From Laetmonice hystrix (lineage: Eukaryota): a DNA stretch of 64,000 nt. The notes beneath the pieces are model-generated. The model saw only the letters and a list, made by a program, of their open reading frames with translations, searched no databases and was not told the DNA's origin. Numbering within the stretch: the first letter of the stretch is position 1; each line of letters opens with the position of its first letter. Made by a program: the position numbers and the translations under genes. This document shows, piece after piece, positions 26,023 to 38,800 of the stretch. Where the stretch lies: NCBI GenBank assembly GCA_965235115.1, contig OZ249436.1, positions 7,690,001 through 7,754,000 on the forward strand. The letters are read 5' to 3'.

Positions 26023-29000
26023 GCCAACACGACCCTTCGACTTCCTCTTCTCCTCTTTCTTCTTGTCCTTGCTTGTTTTTCTCTTTGGACTTTTTACAAT
26101 GTTGTTCTTGGAAAGCACATCTTCATTTTTACCGCAGAAACCTGTCAACGAATATGGGGAGACTTATTGGGTGGAACATGGTACGGCAAACAGCATTGTA
26201 GAGGCTCTGGTAAATAACATGATCATTATAGATTTAAATAAATCATGGCAACTTATTCTTTATAAAGTAGGTGACTTGTGACTTTTTAAAAATCTATTAC
26301 GGGTACCTTAAATTCGCCAATAGCTATTTTCGTTGTTCAATCGGCGTTGTGGATACTATTATATATATAAATTGTTAATGTGATTTAATATCTTCTTTAT
26401 ACTGTTATAGATTATCATGTTAGATCCAAGCATTTCCCCATTTCTACTTTCTAGAGACATTCTTCAATCCATCATCGTTTTTGCAATTTTATCTACGTTT
26501 TAGTACTGACAGGGTTTGCCGCAGGCCTGTTTTTTTCTAGCGGGGAGGGGGGACGCCCTTCCAAAAATCAGTTGCCCCAAAAAAGCTTTTATTTTTGTTT
26601 GAAAACCCCAACCCATAGATATAGCCTCCCCTGCAAAGTGTTTCAAGCCCCCCACCCCCCAACCCCCCAAAAAAGGGGGGGAGATCCTGCAGGAAACCCT
26701 GACTCTGATCCAGAGTAGTGATATTCTACATGGTCTACACTGTGATAACTCAATCACTAAGTACCCAGCAACCAGTTCATTGAGTAAGTATAGGCTCACT
26801 GATCCCGAGTAGTGATATTCTACATGGTCTACACTGTGATAACTCAATCACTAAGCACCCAGCAACTAGTTCATTGAGTAAGTATAGGCTCACTGATCCA
26901 GAGTAGTGATATTCTACATGGTCTACACTGTAATAACTCAATCACTAAGTACCCAGCAACTAGTTCATTGAGTAAGTATAGGCTCACTGATCCAGAGTAG
27001 TGACATTCTATATGGTCTACACTGTGATAACTCAATCACTAAGTACCCAGCAACCAGTTCATTGAGTAAGTATGGCTCACTGATCCCGAGTAGTGATAGT
27101 CTACATGGTCTACACTGTGATAACTCAATCACTTAGTTCCCAGCAACCAGTTCATTGAGTAAGTATGGCTCACTGATCCCGAGTAGTGATATTCTACATG
27201 GTCTACACTGTGATAACTCAATCACTAAGTACCCAGCAACCAGTTCATTGAGTAAGTATAGGCTCACTGATCCAGAGTAGTGATATTCTATATGGTCTAC
27301 ACTGTGATAACTCAATCACTAAGTACCCAGCAACTAGTTCATTGAGTACCCCGGTAAGTATAGGCTCACTGATCCCGAGTAGTGATATTCTATATGGTCT
27401 ACACTGTGATAACTCAATCACTAAGTACCCACCAAACCAGTTCATTGAGTAAGTATAGGCTCACTGATCCAGAGTAGTGATATTCTACATGGTCTACACT
27501 GTAATAACTCAATCACTAAGTACCCAGCAACCAGTTCATTGAGTAAGTATAGGCTCACTGATCCCGAGTAGTGATATTCTACATGGTCTACACTGTGATA
27601 ACTCAATCACTAAGTACCCAGCAACCAGTTTATTGAGTAAGTATAGGCTTTCATATCTGATACTGAAGTTATCAAAACGGATTATTGTGTTCACGCAGTT
27701 CTAATACACCCTGTTTTCATTTTAAAATGTTATGAAAACTTTTTTTAATTCCTCAAAAAAACACATTCATGAGCGTAATATTAAGATCTTTCTACTCTTT
27801 CATGACTAGAGCAAGGGAAACAAAATTTCGATGAGTAACAGATAAATATAGGCCTACTGGGATTTTCCCCCCAACACCGCTGTGTCTTGTTATCTGTTGA
27901 TGTTAAGATTGCACGAAGCACCACACTACACAAGCTGAATGCCTACAAATTGCACAAGAGTCTCCAAAGTGGTAATAAAGACTTGATTTGATGATGTAGG
28001 TGTTGCTACTGTCTTGCCTGAGTAACGACATTACTGCAGCAACAACTGCTACCTCTACGCAAACGCTAAATGTCATATTCTATCTCCCTTCCTCACCCAT
28101 TTTCTGATTATGACAGCTGATTTTTCTGAAACTCTCTTTATTTAACTGATTAAAACTAAAGTTTCTTACAAAGATTATCTTCAGGCAAGGATATTTTGTA
28201 TGTGAATACAGAGCATGCAGACAAATTAAACAAACTTCTTTCCACACTGGAGAAAACTCGATATTCTATAACTAAGAAATCCACTGGTATCTTTGGTAAA
28301 TTGTCATGCAGTGAAAACCTGTCAGTGGCATTAATTCAACAGCAAGATAGCAGACTAGATGATGGTCAGACTGTGGAACAATGTCTAAAATTACCTTTGG
28401 TCTCATTTCCCCCCCCCCCCCCCCCCCCCGAACACCTTGAGTCCTACAGAGTTCAGTTCCCATATATGTGACCTTATAAATGATCTGACCATACCATACG
28501 TCTGTCAGCTTGCTGTAAAATTTAGTCTCTGCCTGTGGTGCCACTATTATCATGCATATCTCTAGTACTAGCAATGCATCTAATGTCTAAGGTGAGTGAG
28601 CTTATCATTATTGTACAAGGCTAATCAAAAGGTTCAGTGTTTACCATAATTATACACTGGAGGAAAATTAAAAAAAAACATGATCATCAAACTCAACATG
28701 TAACGCAGCATCCAAAAATCATTAAACACACTGAGAATAAAATAAAGGGATAATCAAACAACTGAGTAATCTAGGACTACAGCTAATATATATAAGGAAG
28801 GTAATATTTGAATGGGGAACTGTCGCTGTGATACAATCATTGCAAATTTGAAATTTTGACTCGATTCCACATTTTTCCCAACACTGAAGCCTTGTACTGC
28901 AGTGTACTAATTGTTGATACCTCTACACTGTATTAACATTGCCCACCGCTGGGAGCACCCTTACGATTTCAGCTTGGCCACCTAAAAACTGTACAAACCA

Positions 29001-29859
29001 TTCTTATGAAACTACATCAGAATTACTGCTAACGGCATTATAATACAAGGGTTCAGAGTGACAGAGAGGCTATTAGGTCGCCGTTAATAGGTCAGTCACG
29101 GTGATGTCAAATGTGTGCAGCCGGCACGGAGAGAAGGAACCCAAGCCATGAGGTCAAAACGGTACAAAAAGGTCAGACACATACTTTGGAATGTATACAC
29201 AGCAACAGTTCCACCATAAGCCGGTCAAGATCGGAGTCTTCCTGAAATAGTAGGGTGTCATACCTTTGGATGCCATCATCTCAGCTATCTCCTGGTCCTC
29301 TTCCAGGTACCTGTAGGGAGACAAGAACAGGGTTGCCATAGAAACCAAACTGTGTTTTATACTATATTTTCCTGTCTTGAAAAAGAAGCAAAACAGAAAT
29401 GTAAGTATTTATTTACCAGTATACATCTATTTATTTACGACCGAAAAAAAAATCTTATTTAAAGCAGAGGCAGATCCAGTAAGGGGGTGGTGACAATTTG
29501 CTTGGGGGGGGGGGGTTCAGCATGGTCAATTCTTACAGTTCTGTGGGGAAAAAAGAAAAATTGGTTACCGGGAGGGGGTTACACCAACCCCCTGGATCTG
29601 CCACTATTAAGGATAAGCTTGCATGTATTGCTAATGAAAATCAGAGGTCTCTTTAGCAAAAGACCTATTTCTATACAACTTAGTATTAGATGATTTTAGA
29701 ATATTTTGACCTACCTAATTCTGTCCTCCTCAATGGAGTCAACAATGTTGTTTCTAAGTGAGACAGTTTCGATCAGGTTCTTCAGCAATGCCTCTTCACG
29801 CACACGTTCAGATGATGTCTTCTCAGTATCTGGGAACAAAACCACATGACCAATCAAAC

Positions 29860-29892
<33 letters not shown>

Positions 29893-32800
29893 ACTTCAAC
29901 CAATCAAACTTCAAGACATGCCAGGCCCGGGGTTCTTGAAAGAGTTTGAGTAGGAATTTCGGACAAAAGAGAATACCTGGATCATTGAATACCAGGAGAA
30001 AATTTTTTTTTTCGGGTTTTTAAAATGAGATAAAATTGCAGGGAAGGAAAACATAGCCCCCCTCTCCCTTAATATAATATGGTCTGCCACTTACTGGCCA
30101 ATATGAACCGGGGATCAATTACTGACCTGGTTTTTCCATGAGACACCTGAGCTCATACTCGAGCTCCTCGTGCTGGTCCTCGAGCTCCTGCTGCCGCTGC
30201 CGGTACATGAGGTCCGTCTCCAGGCGTACAAGATCATTCTTCTGGTTGACCAACTCAAACCACTGTACCATCAACTCTGCCTCATCCATCGCCTCGTCTG
30301 ACTCTGGCAAACAGGAACAGCACAAACACAACTATAGTCTCAAAATTAGTTCTAACAAAAACAATTAAATGATACGATAAAACTAAAGCCTCCTTTATGA
30401 TGGACTCTTGGGTATGGAATTTTTAAGGCAGACTGTTGAAATAACTAGACAAATGACAAATTTGATCCAACATTTGCTGAACTAGGCCTACCACAATACT
30501 CGTTGGTTTCACTTAGTAGTATGGTAAGGCTTCTACTGACTTCCACAATAACTACCAGTATATAAACTGGCAGAGGTCATGAATAAATTAATTAATTTGA
30601 ACAATCAAGGATAGATTCGATTAAAAGAAGCATTATTAAGATATACATACATGGCCCAGTCTATACCTGGATGAATGAATGCTAGCAGCGAATCAAATGC
30701 CATATATACTGATAAAGCGCAAACAGTTCTCACAGGTAAGTTTGCTTGGCTAAGCAAGCTCTCCTCACATAACAATACCATGCAGAATTTCACAAGATAG
30801 AATGTCTCCCTCTATATAAAGGCCTTCACTATACACTAACTGCAGTAAGAACCCTTCAGCCTATATCCACTTTGTGGGGCAGAATTCTGTAAAACCTATA
30901 CCGGGAACGCGATTTCTAGCATTCTTGATGAAGACCTATACCGGGAACGCGATTTCTAGCATTCTTGATGAAGATGTACGGAATCAAACAAGACACTTGG
31001 GTGAATACATAGAATGCAGCATAGAGTGTGGACGAGGCATGAAATATAAACGTTACTCTCAGGTTAGTGTCACCTACTATAGGTGGGCGATTCTTAAAAT
31101 GGGCATCAATAAAGTAGGTGAAAGCTATGAGTGGTGCGTCGGGACAGGGCAGGTAAAACAGTCTGCAAGGTGTGTGCTGCTCTCAGCTTTTAATATATCA
31201 TTCCAATAAAACGTGCAAACAGTCTCTTACTCTTGACTTCACATAAACTCTGGCCTACAAAAGATGAACTAAGAGATTTAATTTAATATATTAAAAAGTA
31301 TTCATTTAAAGAATTTGAAAAGCATTCATTTAAAGAATTCGATCTCCACACATCACATGCAATAACGTGTCATACCTGTTTGCAACAGCGCATCACTGCA
31401 TCGAATTGTTACGACTAGATCTAAAACCAAATAATCTTTACAATAACCTATAAACTACCAACATGAAACGAAACAAACACTAACACTTCTTTACATTGGA
31501 CCAAACTAAACTACAACAGAAGGGAAGCAGAGTTGGGGAGAAGGCCTAGTTGTTGGTGAGTGTTCATGTGGAGGGCAACAAGAGGTGCTCAGCCTATTTC
31601 TGGTTTTTCACACGCCAGTCAGTGAGGTATGAATGAAGCAGTGAAGGCAGCATTATGAAATGATTACCTGGCTACGGCTAAGTCTGACTTTTTATAGCCA
31701 TCATACTGGCATCAACTGCAGACCATTCTCTCAACTCTCCAGGCTGATGCACACTTCTGTCTGTCTCCCAAATCCTCTGCAGCTGGTATTCCATACAAAG
31801 TGTGGCCTCTTTGGTCAGTCAAACTCCTGGACTGACTTTCAATTAGTTATTCACAGTACAGTGTACCTTCTTCAGCACTGACACTAAGACGGGCAATTCT
31901 ATGTATGGGTTGGAAGCCAAAAGGCCCTGGTAGACTGGGATGGTCTATAATGGTTTTCAGTACACGTGTTTTGTATCTTATTAGCTCATGTTGTTAGACT
32001 AGTAACCGAGGGTATATCATAACGAATTTGCAAACAGAATATACGTATTTCTTCAGGCATTACAATTTTCTGTTTCGGAGTAATGGGATAGATATGCCAA
32101 AGACAGATAATATTATGTTATGTAGCTGCCCACATTTGACGTGTGAAATTTCAAAACAGGCTGGCCATCTCTTGTCTATAATTTTTAATTCTAGTGGCAT
32201 GATGGAATTTGTATCGATCTTCATAAATCGGTCCGGGGGCATGCAATCAGGCAGCAGCTGGTGGGTCAGTGACGTGCTGCCACCTACTGCCTATAGTTTC
32301 TAAATCGGCCACCAGGTGGCAGCAAAGTAACTGAAGAGAAGACCAACGCAGAGAGTCACAGCTATAAGTATAGTTATGGTGTTGGGGGCTGACTCGGAGG
32401 TGCTTGGAGGAGGTGCTGGGTGAAAGGGTGACGATGAACGAGTCATACCACTTCGGATTTTCTCCTCCAGTACCCTGCCCTCCTTCTCCAGCTCCTGGAG
32501 GTTGGTGTCGAGGTCATCAAGCCTTTGGATGATGGTGATTTGAGAGATTCGGGCCTCGGCATTGACCTGGCAAAACAAAATTCAACTTACTGCTAACCTT
32601 TTCAAATGAAATATACATTCACAAACACAACGGCATGCTTAAAAACTGACATGTAATTGCAAATAGATGTTTCTACTTAGATGTAAAGTAGTAAAATTTT
32701 TGACATGTGACTGTCTATGTGATGTTAGACTCACTCGGCGTTTCGGTGGGCTGTCCTCACTTTGACTGGCTGGGACAGGAGGCAGCGGCCGGTTGGCCAT

Positions 32801-35800
32801 CTTGCCGGGACCGTCCGCAGGAAGAGCTCGTGGTGGTCGTGTTGGGGGACCGATCTCTGCATACTCTCTCTCCTTCTTCACGTTAAAACCACGACTCTCA
32901 AAGCTCGTATCTGGATTCACTGGCGTTTTTCTTGTCAAGGTCAGAGCAGGAGAATTCTTTGGCCGTGGAGGAGCAGGCGATTTCTTTCTCTTCTGGAGGT
33001 CTGAAAGCTCTTGGCTTCTCGGTGATAATTTACGGCCGCTGTCTGTAGCTATACTCGGGCCTGATGTCGGTCTGGCTGGTTTGGGGCCCGGTTGATTTGG
33101 ATTGGAATGTGCGTCAGTTTCATACATTGTTGCTCTGGTTGGTAGTGGACTTCTCAAAGGTTTTGGCGGAGGCATGGTACTGTGTGGCCTGGTGGCTGTA
33201 GTCTCTAAACGGTTGCTCCTGTCTCTTGGTGTAACCCGACCTCTGCTGGCAGAATCAATGTTTTTCACCTTGTCCATCGGTTTACTGGAGGCTGCAAGGC
33301 CTCCATACGAAGGACCACCCAGACGGTCCTGTGTTACTTTCGACATATTGGAAGGTTTATTGGGTACCTTTTCTGGGTCTGGATAGTTCCCTTTTCTGGC
33401 GGCCTGGCGTTTTTCAGCTTCGATCTGCCACTGAGGCCGGTCATCGACATCCATTGGAGTGGTTTCAGGAGACATAGTTTTTCTTGTACCAAACCTGTTA
33501 GCACCAGCCATAGTGCTGGAGACCCCATTAGAATGTATTTTTGGCCCTTCCACTTTGTTTTTACCAGGAAGGGTGCAGCTAGACCTAGGTTTGGGGACGG
33601 GTCGTACTCCCGGTGAAGTATTAGGCCGAGCTGGTTTTGTTAAATCACTAATATTTTTGGTGTTCGGCTCTTCCTTTTTGTTTGGCTTTATATACGCCTT
33701 TTCTGGATCCTTAAAGTTGCCAGCACGGGCTGCTTGACGTTTTTCTGCCTCGACCATCCACTCGGGTTTATTTTCTTGAGGAGGCGGTAAGATCGTGCCT
33801 TTCTTCCTCATTTGAACAGTCGTTCCTGAACTTAACTTTGGGTCATATCTTTCAGCAACTGACACTTCTGGAGTAAAGGTTCCTTTAATAGTTTGTTTTT
33901 GCTCTTTTCTTTCACGTTCAGCCATGTTTAACTTGGCCACTGCTATGGAATCTTCAATATTAAAAGCGTTCATGTTATTTACAGGCTTGTCGAGTTCAAG
34001 TTCCACTTCTGTGGGTGAGACAGGCGTATCACCTTCAAGGCCATGGCTACTGGAATGGTAGCTTTTGGTGGTGGTTGACTTCCTAAAGGCAGCAAAAGAA
34101 GAGCTCAAGTGTGGCAGACCATCCGATTTCTCAGCCCTCAGTACTGAAGGGCCGCTGGGAGAGGTGACTGGCTCGGGTTTGTCCGTGAACATCGGGGTTG
34201 GGGTGTGTATACCTTTCTTTAAAATCGGCTTTGTCGGCTCGGCCACGTGCAGAGGTGAAGCCACGGGGGCGGGAGACGTTTCACGCGACTTCAGAATTGG
34301 TTTTGGCGAATCTCTTACAACATTGTCCGTTCTGGCAGTACCTTGTGACAAAGTCTTCGATTTCAATATTGACTTGGGTTCAGCGGTTGGCGATACCTGG
34401 GCTTCAACTCTTGGAGGAGTCTTGAGGATGGGTCGAGGAGTCATTTCCTCCGAGCTCAGCTCATCGCCGGAAGAACCCAGCAGGCTGTCTGCTGAGGACT
34501 TCCGTGTTTTCAAAATTGAACGGAATGGTTTGGTGTTGTCTTCACTTGTAATACTGTTGGTGTCAAACGCGTTCGTAGTGTCCTTGGTTTTTAGAATTGA
34601 CCTTGGCACAGCAGACGTTACTGGATCACCTAAGGTATCGTTGTTTGAAGCCAGATCAACTGACTTCAATATACTATGACTGGTCGATTTGTGGTCATCT
34701 TCTCCATCATCGTGGTGTTTCAGTATTGACCGCGGCGAAGTCTCTTGGCTGCTGGTACCAGACTCAGCATCTAAACTGCTCTTGAGAATTGACCTTAATG
34801 GCCTTCCATCGGAGGCCTCTGCTGTCGTTCTGACTGGTGTCATGGGTTCTTTGTGTTTTAATATTGGTTTGGGTCCATTTGAGATTGTGTCCCGGTTTGT
34901 ATCACTACCATCTGGACCAGACTTCAAGATAGACCGTGGACTTGTTTCGTTAGCCTTCGTGGCAATGAAGGGTTTCTGGGGTTCTACCTCGCTATCACTG
35001 CCTGCGGCTGCGGCGAATGGTGGCGGGGAGAAAGGGCCAACTTCTGAGGATCTCTTGAAGTCACTCCTCGTTCTGATGTTAGCTAAACTCCTCAACAAAC
35101 CTAACTTGATAGATGCGCCACCGCCATCATCCGGACTGAGGGGACTGGAAGGAGACGCTGATGTTCTACTACTAACAGTCTCTACGGAAGACTGACTCTC
35201 TGGTCTTGAAGTCTTGGGCTGAGAAGTCTGAGGCCTTGCCCGGTCCTCAGCCCCAAACCCGTGACCATTTCTAGATTCAACTGAACTTGGACTGGTAGGG
35301 GAAACCCAGGACCTTTGAGGGGGCTGGTTTACAGTATTACTAGCACACTCATCATTGTCAACATCCATTTTTTCCACAGGTGCTGAAGGAATGGTTCTTG
35401 TTTGGCTATCACCAGTAAAATGAGGAAAGAGTCCATGTGCGACAGGAGACAATGGAGCTGAGGCTGACGCCCCAGGGGACGGAGGCGTGTAGGTAGGGGA
35501 GGAGTCTCTAAGGTTAAACCTCGGTCTGGGGGAAGGGGTGTCAGTAGTAGATGTGGGTGACCACGGTTGTGGGGATCGAGGTTTGTCGGGTTCCCGTGGC
35601 GACCAGAGTGGTGGGGAGACTGGTTGCTGCTGGGCGGCAGACTCGGGTAGAGTTTCTCGTGCTGCAGCAGCTGGTGATGTGATGGTTGGTGATGATTGGG
35701 TGTTGACCCGTGCTGTTCGAGGCGAGAGGGGCCGTGGGGTGCTAATTCCTGACGACGACGGTGATGAAGATGATGAAGATGGTTGAACAGTTGACGGGGC

Positions 35801-38800
35801 TCTCTTTTCCTCTGCAATTTTGGTGTCCCACATTTTTGCCATTGATTTTGCCGACGTTACGGATCCATTAGATGTGGAGCCATTTGATGTGGTTGTGTTA
35901 GTGTTGTAGGATGGGGCTGTGTTCTCCTTGCCCACCTCATCCATACTACGAGCTGACCTGAACGCCCGCGACGTCGACTTCTGTGACTCTCTAAAACAAT
36001 GGCGATGGTAGAGTTTTCCTCCCTCCAGGTGGCGCTCCATCAGGTAGACCTTTTTGTGACACAGGTGGCATGTATCACCAAGAGAGCCCTTCGTTACCAA
36101 TCCTCCACCACCTACAAGGGCCCTCTTCGGCTGGCTCGGACCCTGCAATGTAAAGGAGTCATTTTTTTGCGTCATCGTTTGCGTTTTGAGAGATGAATGG
36201 ATGCCAGCTGACGGCTTGCCCTTGAAACCTTCGTTCCTTACCAGACTGCATGGATACGCCAAGCTAAATCTTAGCAACGAAAGATATCCCCCTTCTCGCA
36301 GATGGAATGCATGGTCAAATTATAACGGACTGCAGGAACAGATTTGTTCGTTTCCTACAAGTTTTTTTTCTATAAATCCGAGCCGAGCCCGCATAAATAA
36401 TACAGGGAAGCATTAGTGCACGGCCTTACAGCTCTGTGACTACAAAATGTGAACTTTTTTCGTGTAAATCATAGGAATGAGGAAGATTTCTTTAAACATT
36501 GTCCAAATTTCAATTTCTCAAACTCTCTTGAATCTTTTCTCATAAAATTACAAATTTCACTGCGATAAGACACTTATTACTATCTGCATCGCCTCACCAC
36601 ATTATGTATCTTAAAGTGCTTGTCTGTCAGAAAATAAAACTTTCAACAAATGACTAGAGTAGTCTTCATGCATGCAGTTTCTCTATGCATCTAACCCTTA
36701 TCTTGCCAGTCAATACAGATGTACTATAAAAAAGCAGAGAAAAATCTTTTACTTTCAAATTCTTAACACGATTTTGTTACCAAGAAGTTGTTTGTTTTCC
36801 AACAATTTACACGATAAGTACAGAATAACACAAGACAACAATAAGACATGCATCTACTTGGTGACAAGCATCAAACTACTGGAAATGAGCCAAACTGGGT
36901 GAGAGTTGTGAAAATAACTGAGGATGATAGTCTCAGTCATATAGCTTTTGTATGAGACATAGCACATGATGCAGCATGATATGTTGTAGAGTTGTTCTTA
37001 TAGCGACACTACATCCACAGTAAGTTCATAATAGTAACTGAGGTCCACTGCAAATAAAAGAGAAGTTAAACTTTTTGTTGTGATGTCCTCCTTGGGTGTT
37101 GTATTCCCTATCTGGAGATGAAAATAAAATCAGTTGTGATGGTGTTCTACAGCCACTTCGGTCTGCATGCTGTGTATTGTGAAATTATAGTGTCACATAC
37201 CACAGAGAAAGATAGCAGTAGTCGTAATATAGAGCTTCTTTATGTGTCACTGTGTGTCCAAACTAACACTATGTAACCCCAGAGAAATCTCAAAGTCCTA
37301 TGCATGTGTGCATTTACTTTTAATACTGATCAAAGAAAAATCTCTTTTAGTGATGACCTACCATGCAGTGGCACTAAACTCGTATTATATGTTAATAATA
37401 AGAATCAAGGTTTGATATCTGGGGGCACTGTCCATTAAATCTGAATGCCTTATCCTGTTCATGTTCCAAAATTTCAAGGTGTAATTAAGACTTAAAGCGC
37501 CAATCACAAAAACAATGTTTGGGAGTCTACCCTGAGCACTAAGACCGTGCCGCCCTGATATATCACTTCAGAATACAAACCTCCGGGAATGGTTCCCTTC
37601 ATAACATCAGCACATTTAATAATGACGTTAACAAGTGGAGCAAGAGGTACATGTCTGGGATACAGCTTCACGCTATATCCCCGGGACTTTTCGTTAAGAT
37701 TTCATGGTTTAAGTCATGTGTTAACTTCAACATCCGAACTTTCTGCTGTCATGTTAGGATAAAGATAAAGATATAGCTTTTGGCATTGTTTTTATGAAAA
37801 TATGTCTTTTTTACTTGAATCTCCCCATTCTTGGCACGCTCCTGTATGTTTTGTATGATGTATCTGAATATATCTGCATCATTAAACAAAACGAAATCTG
37901 ATAACAATTGAAACGGATTCTAACCAATTGAAGTTTAAGTCAGAAAGCACCTAAAGTACTCACAACGCCGCCTATCAACACTCCATTTACGGTCAGATTA
38001 AAATCGCTATCTTTTAGAAGCACATGGGTGCTTTTATTGAAAGACACAGCAATGCACACATCGTGCCAATCATTCAAAGACGGCAAGCAATTCATACGCA
38101 GGCTTTGATGAGGGGAAATCAAGTAACACAATGTGCAGCCAAAGTAGGAATTTACCCAGCTCTACAAAACCTGCTGCCTATGCGGGAAATTAGAATTGGT
38201 GTCTGAGTAACAAATGATTTCGTCATCAGAATCTCAAACCAAAACATGTTCAGCCTTTTTTTTCCTATAGTAAAGTAGGTAGTGTATCTATAGATCTACA
38301 TTTTAAGAGACAGAAAAAAAACTATGGACATCCACCGAAAAACCTACATTTCAAGTCGCGTCTGTATCATCTGCAACATTTGCCTTAGCTACATGATGCC
38401 TCTCCAGTATAAGGTGTCCTCAAAGTACAAATTTTAATACGTCCAAAGTAAGGGCACACAAGGCCCTCGTATGATGAGTTAAACCCCGAGCCGAACTGGT
38501 AGGACAAATAATTCCGTCTCCCCCAAAAGATAATGAATGTGTATGTTGAAACTCAGTATGCTGTAACTTTTTCAAACCAGGTTCAGGCCACCAACAGAGT
38601 TTCATTTAAATCCTGTTTTAAACTGTTGCAATACCCCGTAATTTCAATGTGCCAAAATTGATATTGGTTGGCCGTATATAACAGTTCTACAGCAAACCAA
38701 GATCATAGTACAAGAACAGAACCCAAATCCAAGCATTTAACAGAGTACTCGGTAGGAAACTCAGGAAACTCGGCATACAGAAGTATGTCGGGTATAGGGG

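Noticed and set aside
25671..26030. 119-aa repetitive ORF as the MICAL-like C-terminus
   Set aside because: The spliced frame stops at 25990; this ORF is a different frame of the 54-bp repeat.
36143..36277. ORF-track start of the 1212-aa ORF
   Set aside because: A good acceptor (CCTTTACATTGCAG) at 36143 in matching phase shows the ORF is an internal exon; the upstream codons are most likely intronic.
37070..37111. Possible small cassette exon of MICAL-like ([16 protein letters not shown])
   Set aside because: The acceptor is plausible but I found no convincing in-phase donor; it needs RNA evidence.
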